Below, piece after piece: positions 35,597 to 44,528 of a stretch of DNA of 64,000 nucleotides. A program made the translations under genes and the position numbers. The stretch is from a virus. Lineage: Duplodnaviria; Caudoviricetes. Under the pieces are notes generated by a model. That model did not search any database, was not told the DNA's origin, and saw only the letters and a list, made by a program, of their open reading frames with translations. The number at the start of each line of letters is the position of its first letter. The stretch's first letter is position 1. Location: positions 1 to 64,000 of the IMG/VR virus record IMGVR_UViG_3300014204_000154; one strand, 5' to 3'.

Positions 35597-37087
35597 TTAC
35601 ACGCCACCAACCACAGCCATTCCGCCGCCGATATTGTGGACTGGAAACTCCTTATGGAAATAGTAACCAACTGCGTCTGATATGTGGGTCAGCGTGATAT
35701 CATGCTTCTTGTCTATTTCCCCACTTCCACCCTCGATAAGCCGAACCCCTTCAAAATCCCGGACCACATGGGGCGCTTTGGATGGATCGATCAAAGCGCG
35801 TACCTTTCCACTCATAGTCAGGAAACGAGAGTTGACAGCATTGATCCGATCCCGTTCTGGTGGATTCCCTTTGGCGACATGGAAATGAACCCGCTCCTCT
35901 CCAAAGTGGGCATAAAGGATTCTCTTTACAATATCCCAATCCGATCCAGCAAGCTTGGCGCTTCCTTTATTCCCGCCTGTCGCATCGCCATATACTAGGA
36001 TATGGCCCTGATGTGCACCCCAATCCCTGATGAATCGGTTACAAACCAATTGCGTGTTGGAATTGCGTGGAATATAGACCTCTCCAATCACTGCAGATAC
36101 GGATTCCCCAATTAGGACCGCCCCTGTACCAATTTCCCTTACAGTCTTTTCCTGGATAATCGCCGCAACGCCTGGAGCCACGTTAAAGTCCAGACAAAGG
36201 ATCAATGGTTGCTTCGGATCGTATAGGATCTTGGCCAGATGTCTCCGCTCATCGTATGCGTAGTATGCGCGGCCCTGGAAATTGATAAATGAAGCGCAAT
36301 ACTCCTGCAAATAAGTCAACTCATCCAAATCCCGCTTCGCCGCATCGATTTCACTCTTGGGCAATATGTCGGCACTGATCCACCAGAAATAATCCCATTC
36401 CCCAGTAGTATCGGCCTTGGCCTTCTGCGCTAAATCATAATAATGGTTTCTTCCTTCTGGTACTCCAATGAAATCGCACCAACCTAGCCGATCCGATAAA
36501 GCTGGCCGAACATGCATTGGCCAAGCTTCCTTCTTCATATTGCCATATTCGTCCAGACCGCCGCCATCCCATGGCCGTCCTTCGATCCGCTCCGGCTTAT
36601 CCATTCCCAAAACTTGGACCATAGATCCGATCTTGAACCTGATAATCAGGTCAGATTCGTTCGGAACTCCTAACATGGCCCACTTCGGCGTCAATCGCTT
36701 TAAATCATCCCAATATATCTGCTTGGCCTGATCCCGTGTGGGTGCAGCTGCGAAAAAACGTGGATCATCAAATGCAGTACCCTTCATAGCTGCTCGAATA
36801 AGCTTGCGTTTAAATATCTCCGTCTTTCCACTGCGCCTTCCAGCTGGATTAACATTAAAGCGCTTTGGTTGGGTCCGGAGACGATACTGTTCAGGATGAT
36901 ATCGCAACAGCGTCCATCGAGAGGTTGTATATTCAAATTGTTGCACAGGTAGTTTAGATTGCTTCTGATTACATTGTGGAATAGCTGGAGTTTTGTAATG
37001 TTTGTAACTTGGATCTTTGGTTTTGCGCCATCGTTCCAGGGCTGCGGCCTGTTTAACTGGATCTTTGGTGGATGAATCCTTAGCCAT
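35597..37087 (-). CDS. terL: Terminase large subunit
   Basis: Walker A AGRRSGKTE, APTRDQAK, Walker B GLDEY, GVPEGRNHYY, nuclease LCLDFNV and HISDAVGY. Confidence 0.95.
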   Translation of the reverse strand: MAKDSSTKDPVKQAAALERWRKTKDPSYKHYKTPAIPQCNQKQSKLPVQQFEYTTSRWTLLRYHPEQYRLRTQPKRFNVNPAGRRSGKTEIFKRKLIRAAMKGTAFDDPRFFAAAPTRDQAKQIYWDDLKRLTPKWAMLGVPNESDLIIRFKIGSMVQVLGMDKPERIEGRPWDGGGLDEYGNMKKEAWPMHVRPALSDRLGWCDFIGVPEGRNHYYDLAQKAKADTTGEWDYFWWISADILPKSEIDAAKRDLDELTYLQEYCASFINFQGRAYYAYDERRHLAKILYDPKQPLILCLDFNVAPGVAAIIQEKTVREIGTGAVLIGESVSAVIGEVYIPRNSNTQLVCNRFIRDWGAHQGHILVYGDATGGNKGSAKLAGSDWDIVKRILYAHFGEERVHFHVAKGNPPERDRINAVNSRFLTMSGKVRALIDPSKAPHVVRDFEGVRLIEGGSGEIDKKHDITLTHISDAVGYYFHKEFPVHNIGGGMAVVGGV

Positions 37088-37310
37088 CGTCTCTCTCCGC
37101 TAATAACTGGCGAAGATACATGGCTGCATCTAATATCTCCTGATAAGCATCCATCAACGCATCCCGACCATTGTGCGATTCCAGCGTTGTGCCATACTTT
37201 TTTATGCCAACATAATTTCTCTGTTTTAAATCATTAATCACTAGTGGCAGGATCGCGTCTTTTCCGACGATTGGCATTGGTTCTTTCTTTGATGCATCTT
37301 TTTTTGTCAT
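37080..37310 (-). CDS. Conserved small phage protein, possibly all-alpha NTP pyrophosphatase-like
   Basis: GIKKYGTTL..NGRDALMDAYQEILDAAMYL. Confidence 0.4.
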   Translation of the reverse strand: MTKKDASKKEPMPIVGKDAILPLVINDLKQRNYVGIKKYGTTLESHNGRDALMDAYQEILDAAMYLRQLLAERDDG

Positions 37311-37957
37311 GATGGACTCCCACTTTTCTCATCCATTTCACGCAAAGCTGCTTTTGTCATTCTAGCCAGCTCTATTGGGTCTTCTTTATCATTCTTTCCA
37401 CCACCATTTCCGTTGCCAAAACTGTCCGAGACCAAGCCTACGTGGCGCGCGACAAGATTCAGTGAATCTTGCTTGTTGTACGTGCGAAACTTGATTCCAA
37501 CCCCATAATTACCAGGAATGATTTGTATTTCCGAAATAACAGCCACTTGGTCTCTTGTTAGCTCATCGAATGGTTTTAATATAAAATTATTTCCATCCCA
37601 ATCAGAAATATCTTTCATATTTTGAAACGCTATAAGGGATAGCTCCTTTAGGACTCTCTCTTGGGTTATTTCGACCGCTTTAGCTCTTTTGTCCATTCCC
37701 TCCGCTATTAACTGTTGTACATCTGGTCTCTGGAAAGCTCTGTTGGCTTGTATCCTATCTTCCTGATTTGTGAACTTTCCATAACCACATCTCTCCCATG
37801 CTTTATATATATTCAAATCGACTAGATATTCATCCACAAACCTCTTGATTTTAAAGTATTTTTTTTGGTTTGTGGGGTTCTTAAAGTCATGGCGTTGTTT
37901 GGGTTTTATTGGCTCCGGGATGGGATTAGATTGCGTATTGTCTCGGTAGATTCTCAT
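37307..37957 (-). CDS. terS: Terminase small subunit
   Basis: FVDEYLVDLN..A..GY, ITQERVLKELSLIAF and K.DSLNLVARHVGL. Confidence 0.85.
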   Translation of the reverse strand: MRIYRDNTQSNPIPEPIKPKQRHDFKNPTNQKKYFKIKRFVDEYLVDLNIYKAWERCGYGKFTNQEDRIQANRAFQRPDVQQLIAEGMDKRAKAVEITQERVLKELSLIAFQNMKDISDWDGNNFILKPFDELTRDQVAVISEIQIIPGNYGVGIKFRTYNKQDSLNLVARHVGLVSDSFGNGNGGGKNDKEDPIELARMTKAALREMDEKSGSPS

Positions 37958-38192
37958 ACAAACGAATTTAACCGATAATTGGTTATAAATAAAGATATTT
38001 TAGATATCTTTTCCTGGATAATTTCCGGAAATCTTTTCCTGGCATTTATAAATATATAAAATTACTTAGAAATCATCCACAGGATTTTATAAGCAGGATA
38101 CATGCGATAACATTTATAACCGTTACGCCATGACTTATATTATATGATTTTATTTCGTTGATCTTCTGTAAACATGATGCGCTCCTTTTTGA

Positions 38193-38230
38193 TAAAAAAG
38201 AAGGGGTGGCTTGTCGCGTCCACCCCTTCT
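38193..38230 (-). terminator. Rho-independent terminator
   Basis: 11-bp stem AGAAGGGGTGG / CCACCCCTTCT plus a T-run on the minus strand, after the Hc1-like gene. Confidence 0.75.
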
Positions 38231-38271
38231 CTCCCTTCTTCCCCTTGGGCTGGTAATGCGATGACCAATGG

Positions 38272-38457
38272 CTATTTGGCCGCTTTGCCCAGGGACTGGA
38301 GCTTGATGTTCTTGATGATCGGTGCTACCTGGGCGATCCCTGCCCGGAGACGAACGCCGGCCGCTTTGTTGCCCTTGTCTACCTTGGTGCCATGATCTTT
38401 GGCGTCCTGTAAAACGGCGATTGCATCATCCAACTGTTCAACGATTGTTTTGGGCAT
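38272..38457 (-). CDS. Histone H1-like (Hc1-family) small protein
   Basis: KGNKAAGVRLR hallmark; 61 aa, strong SD. Confidence 0.65.
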   Translation of the reverse strand: MPKTIVEQLDDAIAVLQDAKDHGTKVDKGNKAAGVRLRAGIAQVAPIIKNIKLQSLGKAAK

Positions 38458-38498
38458 CTTCTTCTTTCCTCCTTCATTCGTTCATTCGTTTTGGTTTT

Positions 38499-38723
38499 TT
38501 ACATCTGGAAATCACTGCCATCAAAGGAAAACGTGACCTTGGGCTTGTATGCGAAGATCCGGCGATCATCGACCATGGTTTGACCCCATTCCATCCGGAT
38601 TCCTACCGGCCGCAAACCCGTCTTTGTTTCGAATTCCTCCAGGATTGGCTCCAGTTTCTCCTTGAGCATCCTGACGTCTTCCCTCAACTCCGGATATTTC
38701 GTCTTTTCCCCCATTTCAATCAC
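38499..38723 (-). CDS. Hypothetical protein
   Basis: 74 aa with SD AAAGGAG. Confidence 0.5.
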   Translation of the reverse strand: MIEMGEKTKYPELREDVRMLKEKLEPILEEFETKTGLRPVGIRMEWGQTMVDDRRIFAYKPKVTFSFDGSDFQM

Positions 38724-38898
38724 GCTCCTTTGTTCCTACCGTGTTTGTTTCCCTCAGCCATGGCTTCGGATGGCTGGCCCCTTTATGATCGCCTCCATCC
38801 ATTCCTTGCCCCGATCCTTTACAGTTGGGGCACGTTCTTAATCCGTATGATTTCAGCTTCAAATAACCATTACCCTCACACCAGATGCATCGCTTCAT
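38716..38898 (-). CDS. Small DnaJ-type Zn-finger protein
   Basis: CIWCEGNG..CPNCKGSG. Confidence 0.55.
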   Translation of the reverse strand: MKRCIWCEGNGYLKLKSYGLRTCPNCKGSGQGMDGGDHKGASHPKPWLRETNTVGTKERD

Positions 38899-38923
38899 TC
38901 CTCCTTTCCTTTCGCCATCATTG

Positions 38924-40267
38924 TCATTGTTCCGTCTTCTTCATGATCAGGGCGGCGGCCAATTCCAGCCATGAGCTGTCCATAATCCCATCTATAACCT
39001 TTCTTATCTGTTTCTCAATCCTCTTGCCATCAACTTCCAGGGAGAGAAAGACGGATTTTGGCAACGGTTTCTTTCTTTCATAATGATACTCTTTGGATTC
39101 CTTGAATTTCAAACCATCCATCGGCGACCTCGATGCGATGCCGCCCTTGGCATTGTCCCAGTAATTCCAAAGAACAGCAAATGGCGGCCAATCTGAATAG
39201 GATGAATCAAATATCGGTTTGATGTTACAATGGCACCGAAATCTGGGCAGTGGCGGAGGAGGAGGGACCTGTTTGTAAAAATAATCAAAATAACTCTTCG
39301 CCGTCAAATCATTTCCGGTAAAACATGGAGGAAATGCCAATTCCGTTTTCAACAGACTTTCCTCTTCCTTCTTCCGGATCTCCTGCGCCCGATCCTTGCA
39401 AATGTCAATCGCTGGACCAATCCACGACTGAGCACCGCAATCACATCCCTCCACCAGTTTCTCCTGGCATTTCTCCAGCGTCTTCCGGATATAGGCCCAT
39501 TCTGCCGCTTCCAACTCCGGACCTGTAAAATCCTTGAACGCCTTATGCTCGGCGATATGAGGAGTGACGATCAACCCCATGAATTCCTTGTTCGGATCAT
39601 AAGGATTGAATGACGGATCGGAGAAATTTTTTGAAAAGAAGGCTGGATAATCCTTCCGTGGGTTTTCCTTATCCAGCCTTGAACAACTATTTGCGTTTCT
39701 TACCACAAGACATCTCTTGCAACCAACGCCCATCTTCAAGGCCAGATCATAGATCTCCTCATAATCGTCCGCATTGGTCAATTTCCTATTTTCAATCGCA
39801 TCTCTCAATGCTCCTGCATTTTCTCCGCCACATTCCGCCATAACCTTGATGCGGACCATTCCCCCACCAATGCTCACAATGGAAATCAATGCTGGGATTT
39901 GATTGCCATCTTTGATTGGGATTTGGATAACCCGAAGATAATAAGAGCTTCCGCCGGCCCAACGAGGATTGAAACGAGGATCTGAAAATGTCGCCATATG
40001 CCGATCAAAAAGATCGGAATCCAAACTGGCCTTTTTCCCTTCCCACCAGATATATCGGTTATTCATGACAACCAAATCGGATTCGCTGCCAAACCCGACT
40101 TGAAGGGCTATGGCGTAGATATTTAGCAATGAATCCTTCTCTGTTATTTTTCTTCTTTTGATCTCATCGATCAATTTGTCTACATTGTAGCCATTGCTCC
40201 CGGCGACAACCTTGATAACCGTCTTCCCATCCTTATCTACCAATGAAAGCAATCCTTGCGTTGCCAT
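38924..40267 (-). CDS. Hypothetical protein with an internally duplicated ~100-aa domain
   Basis: Two copies, both ending in FSDPxFNP. Start moved to ATG 40267 (SD AAAGGAG). Confidence 0.65.
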   Translation of the reverse strand: MATQGLLSLVDKDGKTVIKVVAGSNGYNVDKLIDEIKRRKITEKDSLLNIYAIALQVGFGSESDLVVMNNRYIWWEGKKASLDSDLFDRHMATFSDPRFNPRWAGGSSYYLRVIQIPIKDGNQIPALISIVSIGGGMVRIKVMAECGGENAGALRDAIENRKLTNADDYEEIYDLALKMGVGCKRCLVVRNANSCSRLDKENPRKDYPAFFSKNFSDPSFNPYDPNKEFMGLIVTPHIAEHKAFKDFTGPELEAAEWAYIRKTLEKCQEKLVEGCDCGAQSWIGPAIDICKDRAQEIRKKEEESLLKTELAFPPCFTGNDLTAKSYFDYFYKQVPPPPPLPRFRCHCNIKPIFDSSYSDWPPFAVLWNYWDNAKGGIASRSPMDGLKFKESKEYHYERKKPLPKSVFLSLEVDGKRIEKQIRKVIDGIMDSSWLELAAALIMKKTEQ

Positions 40268-40369
40268 TGTCTCACTCCTTTTCTTTCTACCATCCAATTA
40301 ATACCCCGACCAAGATTATAAAAATAATTTCTTCCATCGCCAATCTCCCGGTTGGTTCTTTGGAAAGAA

Positions 40370-40909
40370 TTACATCTTTATCTTTTTCAGAATGTCCAGA
40401 ATCTCCTTGATTTTTCGGCGAAGATAAGGTTCAAGGGGTTCATAAATCTTCCTCTTTCGTTCCCCCTCCTCAATATAATCCCTTTCATCATTCACATTGT
40501 TCCAAATCTCGATGCCACAGAATTCCAAAACTATCATGTTACAAGCCGTTTTGGTAAGGAGAAACGTTGGACGAAATCCTTCCGATGAGATCTGATGGAA
40601 AATGTCCCGGTTGATCCTCCAAATAACTTCCACCACTTCATTGAAGGCGCTTTCTGGAGATTCGCGCATATCACTGATACAAAGCTGATCTTCATTGCCG
40701 ATAAAAAACTTTGATACATCCTCTTTGCGATATTCATTCCATTTTCCACCAAGCAACTTTTCGCTGACCATCATATCTCCGAAAAAACTACGCCGAAAAC
40801 CATTAAAACCATAAATGCCGCTAGGTTCTTTTCGAAGATAAACTTCAGTCCCTTTCTGATTACGATATTGATGTCGCAAAAGCCATTGAATCATCGCTTC
40901 TTTTTTCAT
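40370..40909 (-). CDS. Hypothetical protein
   Basis: 179-aa ORF with SD GAGGG. Confidence 0.55.
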   Translation of the reverse strand: MKKEAMIQWLLRHQYRNQKGTEVYLRKEPSGIYGFNGFRRSFFGDMMVSEKLLGGKWNEYRKEDVSKFFIGNEDQLCISDMRESPESAFNEVVEVIWRINRDIFHQISSEGFRPTFLLTKTACNMIVLEFCGIEIWNNVNDERDYIEEGERKRKIYEPLEPYLRRKIKEILDILKKIKM

Positions 40910-40923
40910 CCATCAACCCTCTT

Positions 40924-41451
40924 TCATCTTGTCCATCCCGGCCTTTCAACTCTAGCCGCCACGGTTGCCCCACATTCGTCGCAAACTCTCCCGGCGAAGC
41001 CAACCCGATGCGTCTCAACATTTTCCTTGCCGCAATAGTTGCAACGGCGCTGACCAGCTGTTATCTTCTCCCAATCATAAAACTCAGGAGGAATAATGGC
41101 CAGCCCGTCTGGACCCCAAATGTTAATATCCACTCGATACTCGTATTTGGCACAAACTCCGGTGCGAGTCAGGATCATGCACTTGAATCCTTCCTTTTCA
41201 AGATCCGTTGCCCGTTCCAATGATTCATTATCGAAAGACGGTTTGATGCTCCATCCATCGGCAACCATCGCTTCCCGGAATTGAACTGCCTTCTCATAAT
41301 ACTCTTTGTCATTTGTCAAACCGAATTTGTCAGCCACTTTTCTGACCTCCTTTTCCGGTATTATAACCGCTCCCGGTGGGAATTGCGGAAATAAATTTAG
41401 GGCAACTGTCTTTTCACCCCTTCTTGACGGGACAACAACAATCTTTTTCAT
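40924..41451 (-). CDS. Hypothetical protein with a C-terminal Zn ribbon
   Basis: RRCNYCG..RVGFAGRVCDEC. Confidence 0.6.
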   Translation of the reverse strand: MKKIVVVPSRRGEKTVALNLFPQFPPGAVIIPEKEVRKVADKFGLTNDKEYYEKAVQFREAMVADGWSIKPSFDNESLERATDLEKEGFKCMILTRTGVCAKYEYRVDINIWGPDGLAIIPPEFYDWEKITAGQRRCNYCGKENVETHRVGFAGRVCDECGATVAARVERPGWTR

Positions 41452-42014
41452 CTCTTCTCGGTCACCAGATAATACAATTCCCTGGCCTTCTGCGCATCAT
41501 ACAACGCATCATGAAGTTTGGTTGCATCGTATGGGATCTTGAAATATTCCAGCGCAGTTTCCAATTTAAAATTCCGGACCTCTTGCCGCCGTCCAACCAG
41601 ATATTGCATCGCCAGAACCATGACGTCAATGGGCGGGTGCCAGAACCATGACCCATAATAATCGTCACCGTTCTTCAACCACCACTGCCTCATCACTTCG
41701 GCGTCGAATTCCGCCCCGTAGTTGATGAAATAAAACTTGTCCTTCTTGTCGAATTTGTCAACAAACCTTCCCAACATCTCCTGAAATTGACCGAAGATCC
41801 TTCCCGGATCTGGCTTGGCGGCCAGCGCTTCAATGCTCAATTTATGCATCTCAAGCGCTTCTTTGTTGACTTCGTCTTCGCTGAAGATATCGCATTCCAA
41901 AAGGAATTCTTCGCAACGCTTCCCGACCTCGATAATGCCGCCAATTTGCCAGACTCCGCAGGTCATTCGATTAACGCTTGTGGTTTCTGTATCCAAAAAT
42001 ATTCTTTTCACCAT
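41448..42014 (-). CDS. DEDDh 3'-5' exonuclease (DnaQ-like)
   Basis: IFLDTETT, YGAEFD and LHDALYDA. Confidence 0.85.
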   Translation of the reverse strand: MVKRIFLDTETTSVNRMTCGVWQIGGIIEVGKRCEEFLLECDIFSEDEVNKEALEMHKLSIEALAAKPDPGRIFGQFQEMLGRFVDKFDKKDKFYFINYGAEFDAEVMRQWWLKNGDDYYGSWFWHPPIDVMVLAMQYLVGRRQEVRNFKLETALEYFKIPYDATKLHDALYDAQKARELYYLVTEKR

Positions 42015-42096
42015 GTTGCAACTCCCTTCTGATCTTCATCAATAAACGTCCAAGGTGATTATATCCCCGATTTTTACAAACCCTGAAATTCCCGAA

Positions 42097-42639
42097 TCAT
42101 AATAAAGCCTCATCAATTGATCCTGTTTCCATAAACTGATTAACCATTTGACAAGTAGGGCAAACCCGATCATACAACCGACCATCCGCAGAACGGATCT
42201 TGGATTCAAAAGACTTCTCGCAACGTAAACAGAGAGTCAAGACCGTTCCAAAACTCTCCGTTTTCCGCACCATCTTCCGCTTTTTTCTTTGATAAGGATC
42301 TTTCCCTGCCTTCCTTCGACAAAGAAGACACCAGTCATCAGATTCATCTGGTTCCTTCTCCGGCTCTGCCCCCGGCTTTCGAATCCTGAAAAGGTTGATG
42401 GGCAGCGACTTCCCGCACTTGGGACAAGGCCGTTTGCGACCATAGTTGTTGATTTTCAGAATGTCCTTGCGAATCAGGCACACATCCTTGATTGTCATCT
42501 CGCAAATGCCGGCAATCTCCGCATCTGTCTTCCCTTGATTCAAGACCAGATCGCGGATCTTATCGTGCAATTCTACGTTTGACAGGCTTGGCGACTTCTG
42601 TTGGTTCTCCCTCAATTCTTCTGGCATCGGCGCACTCAC
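42097..42639 (-). CDS. HTH plus multiple Zn-finger protein
   Basis: KTDAEIAGICEM (HTH-like); CPKC, CLLC, CLRC and CPTC. Confidence 0.55.
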   Translation of the reverse strand: MSAPMPEELRENQQKSPSLSNVELHDKIRDLVLNQGKTDAEIAGICEMTIKDVCLIRKDILKINNYGRKRPCPKCGKSLPINLFRIRKPGAEPEKEPDESDDWCLLCRRKAGKDPYQRKKRKMVRKTESFGTVLTLCLRCEKSFESKIRSADGRLYDRVCPTCQMVNQFMETGSIDEALL

Positions 42640-43261
42640 CCTTGATACATTTCACCAGGGATTTTGTCCCATCGTGGCTTATCTGATAAACCTTATCGCC
42701 AATTTCAATCAATTCATCGTCATGTGTGATGATAATCAATTGGATTCCCAACCCGTGAGAGATTTCCCTGAGAACTTTACCGCCCAGAGTAATCATCTTG
42801 CCCATATTTTTCAATGGTTCGTCAAGGATGATAACTGGACGGCAAGGTGGTTTTTGAAGAGACAAAAGAACAACCCGAAAGGCGAAGGAAATGATATCAA
42901 GAAGACCGCCGCCAACGTCATACTCCGGATCATCATATGTATTTGTAACATCCTTGTCCCCTTCAGAGATAACCGGCCGACACTCCAGCTTGTTTCTCTT
43001 CCGTTCAAATTCCAGCTGAAAGGAAAACGGCCGATCAAAAACGCTCCGGATTGCGCTGGTCACCAACGTTTCAACCTTGGCCTTAAAACGCAGCTGAGTT
43101 TGCTTCGCAACTTCGGTTATCGCCCACCTTGCTTTTATCTGCCGCGCAACGTCTTCCCGTAATGAGACAAGAGTGGCGTTCTTTTGGCGCAGGTTGGTTT
43201 GAAGGATGTCCCTTTGGGCCGTTACCCGCGTCAATGTATCAACAACGTCCTGAGTGGTCAT
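42560..43261 (-). CDS. Rad50/SbcC/gp46-like ATPase, C-terminal half
   Basis: Coiled coil, signature VGGGLLDIISF, Walker B IILDEP and H-loop IITHD. Confidence 0.85.
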   Translation of the reverse strand: MTTQDVVDTLTRVTAQRDILQTNLRQKNATLVSLREDVARQIKARWAITEVAKQTQLRFKAKVETLVTSAIRSVFDRPFSFQLEFERKRNKLECRPVISEGDKDVTNTYDDPEYDVGGGLLDIISFAFRVVLLSLQKPPCRPVIILDEPLKNMGKMITLGGKVLREISHGLGIQLIIITHDDELIEIGDKVYQISHDGTKSLVKCIKGECADARRIEGEPTEVAKPVKRRIAR

Positions 43262-43294
43262 TTTATGAACGATCCTTTCCCTGCCGAATCGTGC

Positions 43295-43570
43295 TCAAAT
43301 GCGGTATTTTGAAAGCTTCTCTTCCGCCTCTTTCAACAATTCCGCCCTTTGCTCCGTGGCAATCTCAATATCTGCCTTCATCTGTTCCAGAAGGGCATAA
43401 GCGCCATCCAAGTCTTTGACCCCAAATTCCTTGATCAATCGGTCAAGGATTGACTTCAACGCCCCTTCCCCTTGAGCCTTTTCGGTCTTGATTTTTTCAA
43501 TCGTCGCCTTCAGACTCTCCAAAATCTTGGCTTCTCTTTGATTATCGATCTTTTCCATTTTTCTCTCCAA
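43295..43570 (-). CDS. Small coiled-coil protein in the SbcCD cluster
   Basis: 91 aa, heptad-rich. Confidence 0.55.
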   Translation of the reverse strand: MERKMEKIDNQREAKILESLKATIEKIKTEKAQGEGALKSILDRLIKEFGVKDLDGAYALLEQMKADIEIATEQRAELLKEAEEKLSKYRI

Positions 43571-44528
43571 TCTTCGCTTGAAGGTCCGTTATTATTTCAG
43601 CCAGCAAATCTATAACACCCTGATCAATATTATTGTTTCTGATGAATTCCCAAAGATTCTCGACAAAAGAAACGCCATCGCCAACGTCCTCCATTTCCGG
43701 GTGCGCTTCCTTCATCGAACCGACAAACTCATCCAGAAGGTTCTGGGCCGCAATTTTCTTCTCAATATGAGCCCTGCTCAGGATATCTTCGGCCGGTACG
43801 CAAGGAATATCAATCCATTCTAATTCTCCGTTGTCTGTATTCAAAATAGCCAATCCCGGACGATGAATGAAATTGTATTCCGTAGCTTCCAACCGGAGCA
43901 ATGGCCCCGTATTCAGTATGCGCCGCCCAGCCTTCCCCTCCACGTTAAACGACTGCGGCATGTCCATGTAAAACATGCGGTGGATATCGCCGCAAAGAAT
44001 GAAATCATATGAACTGTTTTCCTCAATAAAATCTGATGGCTTCGAAAAGACGTGCCCCGGATACATTGCCCTGTCAGAAATTGATGCGTGGATAACGCCC
44101 AACGTGAAGCCATTGCGCATCACCTTGCCCAATTTCTGGCCGAAATTCGCACCGAATATTTGAACCTTCCCCCCACCTAAGATCGCCGGGCAATCCGGCC
44201 GCAGGAGAGTGATCAACCCCGCCTTTGCCAAAATGCCAATATTCGTCCGGTCCCGCGTCTCTTCCGAATACATATATGTGTCGTGCTGCCCATACACTGC
44301 ATAATAGTCAACCCCGTGTCGCTTCCAGAACTCTATCAAGACAGGAAGCAATCCCCAGCTTCTCGGTTTGTCGCAAAGATCCCCCGCTTGAACGATTGGC
44401 GCATTGTACCTTTTTGCCGTTTCGAAAACGAAGGCCAGCTTGTCAAACTGAGTTTCTATCAGGTTATCCTGACGGGCAACCGGATTATCGAAAACCAAAT
44501 GAACATCAGAAATAAGCGCCAGATTCAT
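43542..44528 (-). CDS. Mre11/SbcD/gp47-like nuclease
   Basis: ISDVH, QAGDLCD, VYGQHD, VIH and CGDIH metallophosphoesterase motifs. Confidence 0.9.
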   Translation of the reverse strand: MNLALISDVHLVFDNPVARQDNLIETQFDKLAFVFETAKRYNAPIVQAGDLCDKPRSWGLLPVLIEFWKRHGVDYYAVYGQHDTYMYSEETRDRTNIGILAKAGLITLLRPDCPAILGGGKVQIFGANFGQKLGKVMRNGFTLGVIHASISDRAMYPGHVFSKPSDFIEENSSYDFILCGDIHRMFYMDMPQSFNVEGKAGRRILNTGPLLRLEATEYNFIHRPGLAILNTDNGELEWIDIPCVPAEDILSRAHIEKKIAAQNLLDEFVGSMKEAHPEMEDVGDGVSFVENLWEFIRNNNIDQGVIDLLAEIITDLQAKIGEKNGKDR

